NCBI RefSeq assembly: GCF_964204645.1
Contig: NC_134027.1
Span: forward strand, 434,001 to 498,000
Source: Tubulanus polymorphus
Lineage: Eukaryota > Animalia > Nemertea
Reading direction: 5' to 3'
Length of the DNA: 64,000 nt
Each line of letters opens with the position of its first letter. Positions within the stretch are counted from its first letter, which is position 1. The position numbers were made by a program, and so were the translations under genes. Shown here in pieces: positions 62,140 through 64,000 of the stretch. The notes beneath the pieces are model-generated. The model made no database searches and was not told the origin of the DNA. It saw nothing but the letters and a program-made list of their open reading frames with translations.

Positions 62140-64000
62140 GTAAGACATTAAACATTGATCTTGAATTTTAAGTTCAAACTAATTTATTTTTTATCTCACT
62201 CGGGACTATAGTTATTGCGTTCACTTTGCGTCCAGTTGTCTCGGCTAGTTTTTGATTTATCGTGTTGATAATTGGTTTATATACTCAAACTACTCAAACT
62301 CAAAATATTGGCACAATTGGAATTAAGATGGCGGACTTGTATGACCATTTTTTTCCCCGGCAAAATCAGCGCTTTAGGATCAATTCTGTTGTTGTTATAT
62401 TACATTGAAATCAGAGTTTAATATATATCAGTATAGAGCAGGTTTTTGCTCTAGTTATAAATAAAGTTATAAATAATCTCATGACATGTTCTGTATATGT
62501 GTAGTGAGTTTCAATGTCTTTGGTTCCTTTTAAACCAGGGGGAGTTAAATTTGAAAATGTCAGATCGTCGAGCATTTCAGACCACTTCCAAAGTGGGTCC
62601 CTGCACCCCTAGTTATACCGTTAATATTTTAATAATACATTAATATTTTTATTTGATAGAATATATTGATATACCATACATTGATATCGGTCTTGTAATT
62701 GGATCAACAACCATGAGATCAAAACACAGCAAATATGAACCTGCTGTGAATCAATAGATTTGTGATAAATGTAATGAAATTGTTATTTTTCATATTGACT
62801 TTTTGAGTTAAGGGTCTGTTGTATAAGAGTATTTGGTCTCGCGTGTCAATGTATGATATCAATCTGTTGTATTTCCTCGTTCCAATGTTTAAAAGGTGTT
62901 CGTCACCTTATATTAATATCCTCCGTGTTTAGAAACCTGTGCGTATTACTTTTACCGTTAGATGGCGCCATAAGTGTGATATTTGATATATGGGATACCC
63001 GCAAAACCAGCTATTCCACCAGATGGCGCAACGAGTAGTAGGTCGTTCGTTGTCAAAATTAGTTCATTTTCGATGAACTTTGAACTGGTTTGAAGAAGAA
63101 ATACTTTCATTCTTCTACTCTGATATCGGTTTAGTTTTCATTAATAATTGATTCATTTAAGAGAACAATTCATTCAGATTTAATTGAAATGTACAAGAAA
63201 ATCGAACGCAGACGACCAACTATTTACTAGCGACACCTGGTGGATCCTCGCCTGCCATAAGTGGAATCCTCGATTGCCACAGTAAGACTGCGGGTATCCC
63301 ATTGTTTGGCGTGTGATAAAGTAAAGTTAGAAAACGAATGTTTAACTTTGTTGTGAAATGAAAGCGTTTTGGAGATTTTTAAACCGATCAAATCAATATT
63401 TTGATATTACGCTTGAAACCCTTCCCACTCATATTCTGCTTACTAAGTATATATTCTAGTTTCCGTGGAAATCATGGTGAGTGGCGCCATCTATACAGTG
63501 GAGTTAGCTTTATAAATCGAGTATGATTCGACAAGTGGCTCCATCTATTCCCTAATACTGAAGCGAGGTAACCAGCAGCGCCCTCATATACAGGAAATGA
63601 ACGCCTATCAAGTTTAACAATGCACGGTGTATTGACCACAGCGACCGGTGATAATTATATCAATGTTGATTAGCTATTGCCATAGACAGGTCCGTAGCGT
63701 TTGACTGGACCAGAACGGGGCCCCCTAACCAAAACAAATTTTGAAAACGTGCCCAGATAAATTGCCTCTGGGAGATTGATTAACGAGGTTTTGATTGAAT
63801 GAACAAATTTTAATATTTGTAAGTTTAACATTTCTGTTTTTAATTTTTCTTTGTAAGGAACTGAATTTTCGAACCCCCCTGAACCGCTTCAAGCTACGTT
63901 CCTGATATAGTGCTAGCTATACCTGAATACTTTTCTCTTATTGAAATTGTCTAAAAAACCAGCACCTTGAACTAATGAACGTCATAATGAAAATGTTTAA

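Larger units (their letters stand above)
44385..64000 (+). repeat. Large segmental/tandem duplication, copy 2 (runs off the right edge)
   Basis: Colinear with 1-18121. Differs by scattered SNPs, satellite copy number, a ~1.1 kb insertion, a ~200 bp indel and one diverged exon. Confidence 0.98.

Noticed and set aside
1-64000. The 44-kb unit as an autonomous giant transposon or endogenous virus (Polinton, Helitron, Teratorn)
   Set aside because: No polymerase, integrase, Rep/Helicase or capsid ORF is visible and no unit termini could be located. A non-autonomous origin cannot be excluded.

Overview
This is AT-rich animal genomic DNA (probably a marine invertebrate) with GT-AG introns. I found no prokaryotic genes, rRNA, tRNA or CRISPR array. 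Bases 1-18121 recur almost identically at 44385-64000, so the window holds a large segmental or tandem duplication with a period of about 44.4 kb. The unit contains four kinds of sequence. (i) One reconstructable gene on the + strand with 9 coding exons (13964-29476, about 337 aa), which the ORF track misses. It encodes a low-complexity, probably nuclear orphan protein with polyQ, S/T-P sites, an RxLF motif, NLSs and TRS/RLRSG motifs. (ii) Several spliced but apparently non-coding transcription units built from duplicated exon-intron modules, some sharing a repeated TAGACTGGTTRCC promoter motif. (iii) More than a dozen distinct minisatellite or satellite arrays. (iv) Many TE relics: a decayed DIRS retrotransposon, Penelope-like ends, Helentron/HINE elements, and hAT, Harbinger and Tc1 MITEs. 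The most striking observation is that the first coding exon differs at about 11 of 66 nt between the two copies, while its flanking introns are essentially identical. All coordinates were read by eye and are accurate to within a few bases.
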